A stretch of DNA of 63,982 nucleotides, counting the filler, from Octopus bimaculoides (taxonomy: Eukaryota), in NCBI RefSeq assembly GCF_001194135.2. It is 5 parts of 5 records of this genome, joined end to end, with 100 filler letters (N's around TTAATTAATTAA, not from the genome) between each part and the next. Parts side by side here need not be neighbours in the genome. Positions count along the whole stretch, not along the records: positions 1 to 31,479 come from NC_068983.1; 4 more parts are not named here. One strand, written 5' to 3'. The notes under the pieces are model-generated. The model was not told the origin of the DNA and made no database searches. It was given only the letters and a program-made list of their open reading frames with translations. The translations under genes were made by a program, and so were the position numbers. Position 1 is the stretch's first letter. Each line of letters starts with the position of its first letter. Shown here piece after piece: positions 1 through 14,117 of the stretch.

Positions 1-34
<34 letters not shown>

Positions 35-513
35 TTATATGTATGTGTGTGTAGAGAGAGGTGGAAGGGAGAAAGAAAAGTACAAGGGGGTAACTATTTG
101 TGTGTGTCTACCTATTTTTGTGTGGTATTTGTTTTCATAAGTGACGTACACTTGCATATTTATCAGCGTCTGTACTTTTTTTTCTCTATCACACTGACTC
201 ACTCTCTCTCTCACTCTCCCTTTCTGTCTCTCTATATTAATTTCTACATATATGTCCTTGCTTGTTCACACAACATTCCTACATTCGAAATACCACTTTT
301 CATAAGCTAATTTCCCCTTACAACAAATCATATAACTGCAGTTGACAATTGTATCCATTCTTAATTCATTCGCCATCTGCTAACATTCGAAACGATGGCA
401 TCCCCTAAGCCTTAAATGTATCAATGATTATTCTCCAATGAACCTAATATTAGCAGTCATTCTCGTATGCTTTATTGCCTAGCATCCCATTATAACTCTC
501 AGTGGTGCACTAT

Positions 514-560
<47 letters not shown>

Positions 561-1084
561 NNNNNNNNNNNNNNNNNNNNNNNNNNNNNNNNNNNNNNNN
601 NNNNNNNNNNNNNNNNNNNNNNNNNNNNNNNNNNNNNNNNNNNNNNNNNNNNNNNNNNNNNNNNNNNNNNNNNNNNNNNNNNNNNNNNNNNNNNNNNNNN
701 NNNNNNNNNNNNNNNNNNNNNNNNNNNNNNNNNNNNNNNNNNNNNNNNNNNNNNNNNNNNNNNNNNNNNNNNNNNNNNNNNNNNNNNNNNNNNNNNNNNN
801 NNNNNNNNNNNNNNNNNNNNNNNNNNNNNNNNNNNNNNNNNNNNNNNNNNNNNNNNNNNNNNNNNNNNNNNNNNNNNNNNNNNNNNNNNNNNNNNNNNNN
901 NNNNNNNNNNNNNNNNNNNNNNNNNNNNNNNNNNNNNNNNNNNNNNNNNNNNNNNNNNAATGACAGAAGTTCTGTACTTTTGTCATTCAAATTCAAAATT
1001 GGTGACGACCAGCATTACGCTTGAAAATCAAGGTTAGCAACGAATTTGAATCAAACTCTTTTGATCTATATATAATATTTGAAG

Positions 1085-1335
1085 GTGCATGGCTTAATTG
1101 TTAGAGTGTTTGACTCACGATCTGGCGGTCGTTATTTCAGTCCCTAGAACGGGTAGTTGGTCTGCAATCACTTTGACACCAACAGGTGATACGCAGTACA
1201 CCTGTTCCCCCGACGTCGATTTGACGGAGCGTGTGAGCTAATGTACAGCATACACATTTGATCACTAGAAGCAAATAATTTGTGCAAGTTATTCGCAAAC
1301 GTCTAACGCTCATCCGTCTCTTCAACGGGAGAGAC
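1085..1335 (+). mobile_element. tRNA-derived SINE, decayed (third family)
   Basis: GCATGGCTTAATTGTTAGAGTGTTTGACTCACGATC head resembles a tRNA A-box arm, followed by a degenerate B box (ATTTCAGTCCC); ends next to a (CA)/(TG) microsatellite. Confidence 0.55.
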
Positions 1336-2769
1336 CATCACACACACACATATATGTGTCTGTGTGTCTGTGTCTGTGTGTGTGTATGTGTGTGTGTGTG
1401 TGTGTTCAAATCCATACATGTGTGTGTGCGTGTCTGAGCGTATGTGCATGTGTGACTAGGGATGTATAAATCAGTAATGTAAAGACATTAGCTTTTTAAA
1501 GCACGTTTGGCAAAACTTAGTATTCCTGGCAGCAGATTCATTTTCTTCCAAAATCACAATTTTCTGATGCATTTTCTGATGCATAATATTTTACTTTGCT
1601 TTATCATTAACCTTTCATTTGCATGCTGATTATTACTTATTAATCATTAATGAACAAGGGGTCAATCATCTTTCGAAATAGCCAATTATACCCCAATGAT
1701 TTCCTCGCTCAGAAACTGAGAACGGAATATCGAATCCATTTTCGCTCATGATGCACTTCAGTAAATATTTGTCACTACACTGTATTTTGTGGCATAAAAC
1801 ACAATTCGCTAGTTATCAGATAGTTTGTAAATTATAAGTTAATCACTATTGAGTACATTATTTAAATTCAAGACACTATTTTCAGTAGGCAATGGCATTC
1901 TGATTATATAAAATTGAAGTCTTTACCGTTCAGAGAAGTTCATTTAGACAAGTTTGCAACTGAAGATTTGCATAATAACTTTAGTGTGACGAAACACGCT
2001 ATGCTATTATCTTGCCCAAACGCTTCATTATGTTGGATTTACCGCTAGATTTAGCTCGAGACTGCAACATATGTTTATTAGTTTTCTATTTAAACCATTC
2101 AAATTGTTTGTATATAGACCGTACCCTTCCAAACCTAAACAGATTTGCAGAGAAAATGTGTATTAACTTAATGATATTTAGGGCTCATTTCCTTAGAAGT
2201 CTGATTGCGCGGTAGATTACAAACATTATGATAATACAAACATTATTATAATTATCTTGAGGTCTCTTGTGTTTGCTATTTGTTTTTTTTGGTGTTTCTT
2301 AATCATAACATTTACTATGACACGCTAGATTCTGGCAATAGGTTTTTAAAAAAAAAATATTTGAATGGTATCTTTTAATATATTCCATAGTCACTTTTCA
2401 GAAGGTGCTCGGTTTGCCAGGAACGACAAACGTTTGCAATTCAGTGATAGTCATACAAATTATTACTATAATCAGTATCGTGTTTACCTCACTTTTTGTA
2501 CATCATTATCTTGCATCACTAGGGGCAACTCCTAATTAACGAGATACTTGCTGTATTGTGTTTTGAAGATACAGATTGGCATTTGTGTAAAATATAGTAT
2601 TTTGGGGGAGTTTATATTTTGCTGATTCCAGAATTATTGTAATTTTCTTCATGATTTTTGTATTATTGATTTGTAATTGTGTAAATTGAGAATTGTGTTC
2701 TTATATTACCAGACATTTCTTTCAAAACTAAATGTGATGTCTTATTGTTAAAACTTAGTTTCACTTACT

Positions 2770-3007
2770 TGCGGTGCGTTCTACAATCGAGCAAGACACT
2801 TCATTTCACATTGCAGCAGTCCACTCGGCTGGCCAAAATTATTTGTACTTGTAATTCAAAGACCACCGCTGTTGCATTCTGTGTCACGTTGGATGTCCCT
2901 GAAAGCTACCTCAAAATCACATGTGTCAGCGATGTACTCAGCCAGAGCAAGTTATTCCGCCGATCGCATTAACATGAACCCTGGTCGTTGTACCCGAGGT
3001 AATGCCC
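2770..3007 (+). mobile_element. Headless decayed SINE body with CORE-like domain (fourth family)
   Basis: GAGCAAGACACTTCATTTCACATTGC..CAGTCCACTCGGCTGG resembles the CORE-type SINE central motif. The rest resembles, from recall, a common octopus SINE 3' part; not database-verified. Confidence 0.5.
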
Positions 3008-5334
3008 GTATTGTTATCTCAGTAGTGCATTATTTACAGTATGTCGCTTCCTTAGCAAGAGGAATCTGAGTCCTGATTCAATAGGTTGTATTTACTGTTC
3101 CAATTGTACTATGAAATAAAAAATATAGTACACAGACTACAATCGTGCGTAACATCGCAGGTCAGCAACGTTACACACGTTGTCCTCAATTAGAATTTGT
3201 ATTTTTTGTTTGTCGCAGTCTAAGGATTTGCTTTTCCTCTTGAAATTTCCTGTATGTAGCTTATTCTAATCAATGTCTTTTATACAAGAGATCAATGTTT
3301 CCTGTAGTGTACAGACATTTTTCTAGGTTCTGTAATATATGCCAAGCATTTTATTAAACAATCATTTGGACTGGAGATGTACGATTAGTGACTATGGTCA
3401 TTTACCTTGCATAGTGTATGTTTACACTCTATCTTGTACTACATATTGTGGTTATATCAAACACCGTTATTAGTAACAGGATTATTGCCGTTTTAACATT
3501 CTACCGTTCACATTACTGTCATATGCAATTCTGATTTATTCACATAACTTTGAATTGATCATGCGTTATCTTGTAGCTTCGCGATTCCGATGTTATATGT
3601 GTCTATGTTTGGAATGGCATTGTAAGGTGGGTATGAGAGACAAGATATCTCTGGTATGAACACAAAAGTGGTAAAGTTTTGGGGTCGGTTTCAAAAGTAA
3701 AATTAAAACAACTCAGCTCGTGAAGGATTGTTCAGTCGGAAATGAGCACATTGGTTTGTCTAAATGTGTTATTGTATTGCATTTACTTGATGTTTGTATC
3801 TGATTTTGTCATTGAAGTTTTGTAATTACATACAGTCTGACATTCTGCTACTACTATAGATTAGAAACCATCGATCATTGATAATGTCAACCTGTCTCCA
3901 GAGTTTTGATCGTTCGAGCTATAGAAATATTTTCGCAAATCTTTAGCGCAACACCTTTGATACTTATTTTGCATCTTCATCACCTTTATAGTTACTTCGT
4001 CAGAATAGTGATCTCCACCTTGTGGTTCTTTTACCGTATGGGCACTTTATTCCTTACTGATACTTCATTATTGCGGTTATCAGTGGAGTTAGAAGGGCAT
4101 TTAGATCTCGGTTGTAAAGCAATGTCTCCTTACATATACAAAAAAAAAGTATCGTTTATTTCGACGCGATGTTAAACATTACACCATGGATATTACCATT
4201 TTGATGCTTCTAAACGTACATCTATACCTTATAATGCCATTTCCGGTAATTTGGCTTAGTTTATACATGTTTTTGATCACCAGTGTTACATTTTGTTTTC
4301 AGCACAGAAACGTATTACAGTACTTGATATAATTTACTTATCCCCAGTTGATAACTCTCACACGAGTGAAGGACATAAAAAATAGTCGACAAAATTTACA
4401 ATGTTTTGATTTGTTTTCAGCAAAAATCATCCTTTAATTTTATAATACTTTCCACTTACTTGGCTACATTTTTAAAGTCGGATCCTTTTTCGAAATCTTT
4501 GAGAATTTGTCACAATTTCTTTTAAAAAGCAGACTGCAAATTTTCTTTTTATGTTGCATCTTTAACAAGTTTAGTTATGGTTAACAAATGTACGAATGCA
4601 GGTGTGTTAACGCGATAAATATTTTTTATGGGAGTCATATACATTTTTCGTTTCGTCTGCGCATATTCTTTTCTAAATAAAGCTTGCACAATTTTGTACA
4701 TGATTCTACAGTCAGCTGTTATCTTCTTTTATTCTTATTGTATTTGTAATTTGTACATCACTATTAATTCTATCCTAGTATTCCACTTGTATCAAAATGC
4801 CATTAATATCTATTGGATCTAATTTTATTGTGATTCAATAAATTAAGATTTATATAGGATGATTCTGCAGAATGTTGTCTGGTTTACATATGCATTTATG
4901 ACAAGTGAATTTGTTACTGCTTTGTAGCATAGTTCCTTCTATAATCAGTGTTAAGGTTTTCGTAAATATTAAATTTGTCCAATGTACTGTAGATTGTGTG
5001 TGCGTGATTTTATTTCTACAGTTTTATCCTACAATCAATGTTTCTTTTATACATATCGCTCTATTTTCCCTTATTTTGATGCAAGAATTAAGAGCGCCGG
5101 TAGAAATATAATTTACATTACATTCGTGTCGATCACGTGCTAAAATCCCGTAAGGAAATTCACTATATATCCTCTCTTTTATCATTTTTATAATATTTCA
5201 GTAAAACTACTTCCATCCCAAAGGTATTTGGATTCGTCTCCCCATTGATGTCTCCAGGATATATGTTTGGTTAGAAAGATCGAGGTGTCTGTCTGGTTAC
5301 ATATCTTATCCTAGTCATTCAAAACTATAGAGAC

Positions 5335-5473
5335 ATGCATATGTGTGTGTACACATACATACATATATGTATGCATATATTAAACATATTGATATACATG
5401 TCTATATGTGTATGTATATACATATATCTATGTATAGACATATATACATATTACATATATTTATATATAAGCT

Positions 5474-5525
<52 letters not shown>

Positions 5526-5600
5526 TGTATGTATGTATGTATGTATGTATGTATAGGTATATGTATATATATATGTATATGTATATGTGTGTATATATTT
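5335..5600. repeat. Compound (TA)n/(TATG)n microsatellite
   Basis: Read directly; source of several spurious Y/I/M/C-rich ORFs. Confidence 0.95.
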
Positions 5601-5689
5601 ATATTTCTTTATTCGAGTATTTAATTTTTCATTGGTTTCCTTTAAACAAAAAATACCTTAATATCTTAATTTTTAAATCCGATCACATG

Positions 5690-6300
5690 GAAGAATGGTG
5701 TTTGAGTCCGTTTTGGCAGAAAACATGAACATTTTCGGGAATTAAAAAAATGTCTACTAAAAAGAAATCAAGAAATCAAGAGGCTTTTAAATACAAGGCC
5801 AAAATCATGGATCCCAACGAAGTTCCAAAAGCGCATATCGGATTGACGGACAAGTCGTTTAAGGAAAGATATACACAGCACCTTGTGTCATTCAGAAACC
5901 AAAATATAAGACATGGAATATATATGTCCAATATGATATGAACTTTGAAAGAAGGAGGAGTAAGCAACATCCAGATAACATGGAACATTATTGCTAAAAC
6001 CAGAATAAGACGTGACACCAAATGTGAGTTCTACTATATCACTGAAAAGATAAATATCATCCGATCGATAAATAGCAACTTCAATATTAGGGATGAAGCA
6101 TTCTCTCTCTGCATACAGAAGCAGTATTTTACACTATGACATTTCAAATAAGAACTACCATCTATTTTGCCAATCCCACCAGGAATGTTTCCTTCCCAGG
6201 ACGTGAACATTCAACATGTACAACATATGAACTCCACACATAGAAAGTATACGGTCCCCTGATGTACTCCCTCAGCACATGAGCATACGCACATCACATT
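5690..6300 (+). mobile_element. Penelope-like retroelement 3' fragment, GIY-YIG endonuclease pseudogene
   Basis: Translations ..YKAKI..AHIGLTDKSFKERYTQHLVSFRNQ.. and ..ITWNIIAK..ITEKINIIR..NIRDEAFSLC.. match the PLE GIY-YIG pattern (YIG.T...FK.RY..H..SF, W.I, EK..I, N.R.E...C); interrupted by a stop. Confidence 0.8.
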
Positions 6301-6902
6301 TACCCAGAATATAATAGAGTATAATGGAAACAAATTCACCATCCCTCGTGTTTTTCTCTAAATTGTCAAACCCAAGGGTGATAAACACACGATAGCAGTT
6401 ATCCAAGTGTAGCGTTCCTTCGTTTCTTGTTTTCAGTAGGAGAATTGTTTTGTGTTTATCCAGTAATATATATATATAAGGAGAACTAATGAGAATGGAA
6501 GCTTTGGCACCACCAAACAAATTGATTTTCTCTGGGTCAACTTTACATACATTACACATAATATTCAATTACTTAATCACAGATATCTCATTGGTATTAC
6601 TGAAATAATACGAAGGTTATTCTTCATTCTTGCCTCAACATGATAAACATCGCCAACGTTTTCTGATAAGGAATATCTGCGGTACTGGCAACTGCATAAA
6701 TTAGAAATTGCTTGGAAGTTCTAAGAAAATCATTTAGCAATTTTCTTAATGACTTTGCCTCTACAAAAAACAGAAACATTCAGTTAACAATGTAAATAAT
6801 TCTCTTGTGTTTTTATAGCTATGTATCACGTTTGGTAGCATTATTAAAATCACCCAGTGTAAATAAATGTGAAATAACTTTTGATGTGTGTACTATTTTT
6901 CT

Positions 6903-6903
<1 letters not shown>

Positions 6904-6976
<73 letters not shown>
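6904..6976. repeat. (CT)n microsatellite
   Basis: Read directly. Confidence 0.97.
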
Positions 6977-6980
<4 letters not shown>

Positions 6981-7233
6981 AAATACATATATATATGAAA
7001 CAAATAATAACAGTGACAGAAGTAGGATTAATACGAGAAGGCACTATTTATTCCCACTTGAATGTGGATGTTGTATTAGAACACAGAATACACTGGAGTA
7101 TTTACCATGAGAGAACCTCTCATAAAGACTTGTACTCTATAAAAGCACGCTTGTCTATATCACCACTGCCACCGGTAGGTCTACCAAATATGTTTATGGC
7201 TGTGGCTGTTGTGTGTGTTGTTGTTCTATCTCT

Positions 7234-7236
<3 letters not shown>

Positions 7237-7303
<67 letters not shown>
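7237..7303. repeat. (TA)n microsatellite
   Basis: Read directly. Confidence 0.97.
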
Positions 7304-7305
<2 letters not shown>

Positions 7306-7571
7306 CTGTTTACGTTATATACTTTATACTTCCTGTTTCTTTCTCCACAACGTGATGACATAATGAGAACTCTGGAATAATGGATACTCTAATGGTATGG
7401 AAGAGAAACTTAATCTACTTTCGGGTGTGGGCATTTTGACATAGTCTGTTTGATGTCTAATTTTAAAATTTCTAGTGTGTTTGATGTCAAGTTTTAAAAT
7501 GCCCATGTTTTAAATGCTGTGTCAAAAATTTGCACATGCTATGCAGTTCTCTGTTTCCAATCACAATCCAG

Positions 7572-7662
7572 AAAACTGGATGACGCGATTATTGAAACGA
7601 CCAAAGAAGATATAGTTATAAATAACTCTTTGGTGATCATCGTTGAACAAAGAATTAGTCAT
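7572..7662 (+). CDS. Possible internal coding exon of an unidentified gene (KLDDAIIETTKEDIVINNSLVIIVEQRISH)
   Basis: Pyrimidine tract + CAG acceptor (ttctctgtttccaatcacaatccag), stop-free 91 nt, CAT|GTGAGT donor. No recognised homology. Confidence 0.2.
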
Positions 7663-10500
7663 GTGAGTTAATACCTCGGATCCTTTAAAATACTACTTTA
7701 GATAGAATGTGCTTAACCTATATATCGAACAGAAAAACTGATTGATGTGAATGTCAGAGACTTTCAAGCTGCGGAATCCTTTAGGTCAAATTTCACTCCT
7801 TCAAATAGAAGTAACATTTTATTCAATATAAAGCTGGGGATACATATAATTGTCTGCCCAGCATTTATGTTATGTACTTTATGAACGAGGTTATGCTTCA
7901 TCTTAGTTTTGAGAAGGCCGAGTTACTTCATTATTTCACGCGGCTCTTCTTACATTTTATAGATCCGAATGTTTGTAGACGTCTTTAAACATTTCTGGTG
8001 ATATATGTACTTTTGTCATACACACGGTATAAACTCTCATAATTCTTTCTTCAGCCATGAATGCTGCAATAGATGATTTGATCCAGAATAATATTATTTT
8101 CTAAAGCTTTAATTTACCCTTTCAATATTGTATTCTATTGGAAACTCTTACTTTTTTTGCTGCCAAAGGCTATTTCTAGAACGCCGAATTTTCTATTTTT
8201 GTTTAAACGGAAACATACAAGAAATCAGAGAACTCAATTATATCATTGGAAACATGATATTTAAGGATGACGTATTACCTTATGTCAGTTGCTTATAGCG
8301 TCCCTGAATCTGTTTTGTTATTCAAGTGAGGATTTTATAAATATCTGATCGTTTTGTATTGTGATTGCTTTATCATCTATGTTAGTAAGCTCTTTATCTT
8401 CATTCATGTATATTCATGTTTCAACGTCCTATATCCTCATGTTGAATGTAACCAAATTGTGGTTGTAGCATACGCCATATATTCTGATAGCATTGAAATA
8501 TATTACAAAACGTCTATTTACTCATTACTAATAATATATGGACTATTCACGTTGTCATTGCTATGCTCATCGGTAGCTATACTATAAACATTATTATTAA
8601 TATTATCCTTAATGCTATTAACAAAACCCTCATTATTTAGCCTATTTATAGCTTACCTAAATATTTCTGACACTGTTTGTAGTCTCTTCTGTTAATGTGT
8701 GTGTTTTTATTGCTTACACAGTTGAATATTTATTCCTTTCTGAGCGGCTATCTTTTGTTCTGAACAAGTTATATCTGGTCAGTTTTCTATTGAAGCATTG
8801 ATCGCTAGTATGACGTGGAGATTTTTATGACAGCTCCATAGTAGCATATAACTAAATTTAGTTTCCCTTTTCCGTCTATATTATTCTGCTCTAAACGTAC
8901 AAAGGAGATAAAATAGATAACTTCAGACCATAACATCGGGTTATGCAGAGTTACAAGTGTTGTCAAAAGTTATAGTGGAAATATTAGTGATTGTCAATGG
9001 CAGTTTAGTCAGGGACATACAAACATGAGCGATCTCCACTGGATCTGTGAATTAAAATATTCATCTGTAGCGTTACGTCGTATAGACAGACGACACTAGA
9101 TCTGTTTGTTTTCTGTGAACATCTAATCAATGCATATTAGAGTAAAGCATTTTCCAGCTGATGCTAAATGAGGTCTGATTGAAGATCCTAATTAGTTGAT
9201 CGCTTCAATAACAAGCACCATATTTACAGTGGTCAGAGTAAACAGCTACCTACCTCACCATTTTTGCATTGCATACATTTACCCTCCATGTCCCTACCGC
9301 GCCTTGGTTGTTACTTCCCTGGGTAATTATTTTCTCGAGAAGGCGGGACTCTAATAAACATTACAGCCAGAGCCGGGAGACAGCAGTTGCTTTCTGCGTC
9401 ACTCAACGCTGTCTCGGTGACATCGGGAAACGAGATTGTCAGCAACATTCTAGAAAAGCAGGGAGCGATCACAATAGCAATAGCAGTAACATCGACAAGG
9501 CAAATACAAGCAATAAAATAATAACAATAAAAATAGCAACGCAAATGAAATGAACAGCCACAACAAAAATTAGATTCGAGACGAGAGAAAGAAAACGAAA
9601 ACATTAAACCATCTCTTCAACCCACATTCGCATCTGCTATCACCGCTAGTGTTAAATTAACAGAAAATAAAACAGCGAGGTCACCAATAATTCCTACGAC
9701 AAGAAAAAAAACATTTTACCATAGGAAGGATTAAAAACTTCTTACGATGTCTAAATGAACTGTATAGAAAACTTTAACAATAAATAGTCTGAAAATTGCA
9801 GTCGATCAAACTACAAATTGAAAAGAGGCCTCTGACAAGTCTACTGCACCTACTCATACGTCACCATAGGGGATAAAATTAACTGGCCCAGTATTTCACA
9901 CACACGCGTACGCTTAACGTTCTTCTCTGGGAAATTCTACGCCAAACTTCGAATGCGACAGAGCTGGCCTAGCCCACTAAACTAGAAGAAGTACAGCTCC
10001 TTTTGCCACCTGATAGGACTGGAGAAACGTAAAACATTAAGTGCCTTCCTCCGAGACAGACTGCACAATCGGAAATAGACATATATATATATATATATAT
10101 ANNNNNNNNNNNNNNNNNNNNNNNNNNNNNNNNNNNNNNNNNNNNNNNNNNNNNNNNNNNNNNNNNNNNNNNNNNNNNNNNNNNNNNNNNNNNNNNNNNN
10201 NNNNNNNNNNNNNNNNNNNNNNNNNNNNNNNNNNNNNNNNNNNNNNNNNNNNNNNNNNNNNNNNNNNNNNNNNNNNNNNNNNNNNNNNNNNNNNNNNNNN
10301 NNNNNNNNNNNNNNNNNNNNNNNNNCCTACTTTTTTTCTGTCGAGGGTTTAAATGCCCCATTATTAGACTATTTTCTTAGTCATTGCACGGTGATTGCAA
10401 TAAGTTTCAGGATTATATAAATACCAATATTATTATTTACAGGATTGTAAAACCCGGCCCCGTATAACAAAAATCATTGACACCAAAAGCATATATAGAG

Positions 10501-10537
<37 letters not shown>
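10501..10537. repeat. (GATA)n microsatellite
   Basis: Read directly; a second (GATA)n tract is at 14059-14117. Confidence 0.95.
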
Positions 10538-11287
10538 TGTAAATACCTATGTATATATATATGAATACATGCATATGCATAGGTACATACATTAATGAAT
10601 GTACGTACGTGTGATGTATGAATATATATGTATTGAGAATAAATCCTGGAGATTGGTACATGAAATTTCCCGGAAATTCTCTAATCATTCCTATGGCGCA
10701 TATTATCATATGTATTACTTTTGTTTTCAATTCCATTATTTTATTCATCAGTATTTCAGTATTCCTCCTTTGTGTTTTTCTTGTTTTTTTTTAATATAAA
10801 TATCCCTTTTTGTCAGAATACAAATTACGAGAAGAATAAAATTAAATCAGTAACAACATGCCATTAGGAGTGAATACATTTGTAGCGCATTCATTGGCAG
10901 AAAAATTATTAATCCATTTCTTTTTTATTTCCGATAGAACCTTGCTACACGTTAACGGTTTTCATTGTTAGATTCATTTCCATTGTATGAATAAAAAAAT
11001 CCCCACCTTCACCAAAGAATCTCGAACTCCTTTCCACATTAATTTCTTTCATCATCTCTCTCTCCCTTTCTCTCTCTCTCTGTCTCTCCAGACATTTCCC
11101 ATGACGGTTATTCCATTAAGATAATCACAAAATGCACACACATGTACATTGTTACTTAAAGAGAACTAATTCTAGTAATTAGATCAGATTGCTCTGTCGG
11201 AGCGTATGTGGAAACCTTATTTATCCACAGCAACACGCGATATGTAAATATATTCATGTATATATGTATGCATTACATACATACATA

Positions 11288-11323
<36 letters not shown>

Positions 11324-11630
11324 NNNNNNNNNNNNNNNNNNNNNNNNNNNNNNNNNNNNNNNNNNNNNNNNNNNNNNNNNNNNNNNNNNNNNNNNNNNNN
11401 NNNNNNNNNNNNNNNNNNNNNNNNNNNNNNNNNNNNNNNNNNNNNNNNNNNNNNNNNNNNNNNNNNNNNAATACAAAAAAAGGGTTTTTTGTATGATTGT
11501 GTATAGAGGAATATATTATTTTGTTTAAAAGAGTTCCAACACTGTCTGTTTTTTATGTTTTATTTATATTCCTGCAAAACCAATGTGGGATATAGAATAT
11601 AGAATATACAATATATAATATAATATACAA

Positions 11631-11672
<42 letters not shown>

Positions 11673-12420
11673 CATACATACATACGTAAAAAGAGACAAG
11701 CACGAATACACACACATTGCACACATATATGTGTATAAACAGTTAGGGGAAGATTGAATCATTTTGGCACGAATATATGTACAAAGTGGTTCCTTTGATT
11801 AATAAAATTTCGTTAAATTAAACAGCTGTTTCTTTGTATCTTGAGGTTTGAACTAATCACAGAACTATTTCATCAGCTGTCAGAGGTATTCTGATGAAAT
11901 ATAATTTCCTAGGATATTATTATTATTATTATCCGGTTTATTTCACACATTCCTCATAATATTGGAAATAAACTATTTATTACATGAATAAACAGGAGAA
12001 AATAGCATGCAGTTGATTGGTACACAAGTAGGGTAGGCTTTGAAGATGCATCATGCAGTTGTTTTTATACATATAAAACTCAAACTTATTGAAGTGCTTC
12101 TTTTATATAAAGAATAATAAATAAACTAATGAATGTAATTCAAGTACGATCGAATGTGATTAAGTATATATGCTTGGTGAGAAGGATTGTTGAACACTCT
12201 TCAGGACAAAGAATAAGACATGCCAAATGGCAGAAGAGCAAATAAAGAGTCAACGGCCATCCAAAAATGTGTACATGTGTATGTATGCATGTATATATGT
12301 GCGGGGAAGTAGAAATACCTGGGTTGGGGTCCAGTTGGGCGATTATATATACGGAGCTACATATCCTTTATCTTTCAAGTTCTACTGATCTCTGTCGTTA
12401 AACTTTTCGTTTTTAAGGGT

Positions 12421-12598
12421 AGTACTAATTCTAATCTCCTTTTTTGCCGAACGGCTAAATTACGGTTATATAAAAACCGTCTTTCAGGCGGAGGTAAGGG
12501 ACAAACACAGACACAAAGACACACGCACATACGCACAAGAACACACATATATAACCATGTGGTTGGGGAGCAAGCTTCTTACGATACAGTGACGCCTG
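12421..12598 (-). mobile_element. SINE-A, degenerate and internally deleted
   Basis: Reverse complement of SINE-A tail (ttttgccgaacggctaa..) and head (aaccatgtggttgg..gcaagcttcttac). Confidence 0.65.
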
Positions 12599-12733
12599 CT
12601 CATATATGTATGTATATATATGCATGTGTGTATGTACGTATAGGTATGTATGTATGTATGTACGTGCGTATGTGTGTATGAACGTACGCACGTATGTATG
12701 TACGTATGTATGTACGTATGTATGTATTATGCA

Positions 12734-13132
12734 GGGGTGGATGTGTGGTAGGAACTTTGCTTCCCAAACACATGGCTCGGAGTTCATTCCCACTGCGTGG
12801 TAACTTCAGCAGGTGTCCTCTACTATAGGCTCGGAACGACCAAATCCTTGCGAGTGGGTTTGTTAGATGGAGATGAATGAATCCCGTCATACATACACAC
12901 GCGCACATATATATGTATGTGTGTGTGTGTGTGTGTGCGTTTGTCCCCCACCATTGCTTGACAACTGATATTGGTGTGTTTATGTCCCGGTGTTTCGGCA
13001 AACGTGACCGACAGAATAAGTATTAGGCTTACAAAGAATAAATCCTCGGTCGACTTCTTTGATTACAAAAAACTTTAAGCCGGTACCCCAGCATCGTCGC
13101 AGACAAATGACTGAAACAAGTAAAAGAATAAA
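12734..13132 (+). mobile_element. SINE-A, near full length (tRNA-like head, internal microsatellite, tail)
   Basis: Head GGATGTGTGGTAGG..GGAGTTCATTCCC (A/B boxes), internal (CA)/(TG) tract, tail ending GACTGAAACAAGTAAAAGAATAAAA; homologous to 42241-42540, 49053-49227 and 50180-50400. Confidence 0.85.
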
Positions 13133-13501
13133 ACAACATGTATATTAAAATTCGAATTTCTATCAGCTGTAATAAGATACATATATATTATCACTCGCAC
13201 ATGCTGAGTGCACATAGTCTGTTTATCGGTCAATGTGCTGACAGATAGCGTTCTGAAAAAGATTCCTACACGACATCAAGTTTTGAAGAACACTGAATGC
13301 CACAGATAAGGAGTATAAATCGCCCGCGTTGAGTGAAAAAATTGGATATTGATATTCACATATTCCTTCACTCCTATGTTTCCTAGAGGGAGATTTCTCA
13401 GGACACTACTCACCAGTTGACTGGTGTATAAAAAAATCACATACGTTATGTTGTGCAATCACTAACATTTTTGTATAAGTATATTTGTTTACAGGAATGT
13501 A

Positions 13502-13534
<33 letters not shown>

Positions 13535-14058
13535 NNNNNNNNNNNNNNNNNNNNNNNNNNNNNNNNNNNNNNNNNNNNNNNNNNNNNNNNNNNNNNNNNN
13601 NNNNNNNNNNNNNNNNNNNNNNNNNNNNNNNNNNNNNNNNNNNNNNNNNNNNNNNNNNNNNNNNNNNNNNNNNNNNNNNNNNNNNNNNNNNNNNNNNNNN
13701 NNNNNNNNNNNNNNNNNNNNNNNNNNNNNNNNNNNNNNNNNNNNNNNNNNNNNNNNNNNNNNNNNNNNNNNNNNNNNNNNNNNNNNNNNNNNNNNNNNNN
13801 NNNNNNNNNNNNNNNNNNNNNNNNNNNNNNNNNNNNNNNNNNNNNNNNNNNNNNNNNNNNNNNNNNNNNNNNNNNNNNNNNNNNNNNNNNNNNNNNNNNN
13901 NNNNNNNNNNNNNNNNNNNNNNNNNNNNNNNNNNNNNNNNNNNNNNNNNNNNNNNNNNNNNNNNNNNNNNNNNNNNNNNNNNNNNNNNNNNNNNNNNNNN
14001 NNNNNNNNNNNNNNNNNNNNNNNNNNNNNNNNNNNNNNNNNNNNNNNNNNNNNNNNNN

Positions 14059-14117
<59 letters not shown>

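Noticed and set aside
2761-3003. Apparent splice sites and exon (acceptor at 2816, donors at 2998 on plus and 2768 on minus)
   Set aside because: The segment is better explained as a SINE remnant.
2865-9403. Identical peptide TAVAFCVT in two ORFs (2865-2888 and 9380-9403), with all five nucleotide differences at third positions
   Set aside because: The first copy lies inside a decayed SINE body, flanking residues do not align, and the match was found by peptide identity (selection bias). One 8-mer match is not enough evidence of coding.
9269-9553. ORF with a hydrophobic start and RRR/GKR sites resembling a neuropeptide precursor
   Set aside because: The C-terminal half is decayed (AAT/AGC)n repeat, there is no repeated mature peptide, and no family is recognisable.
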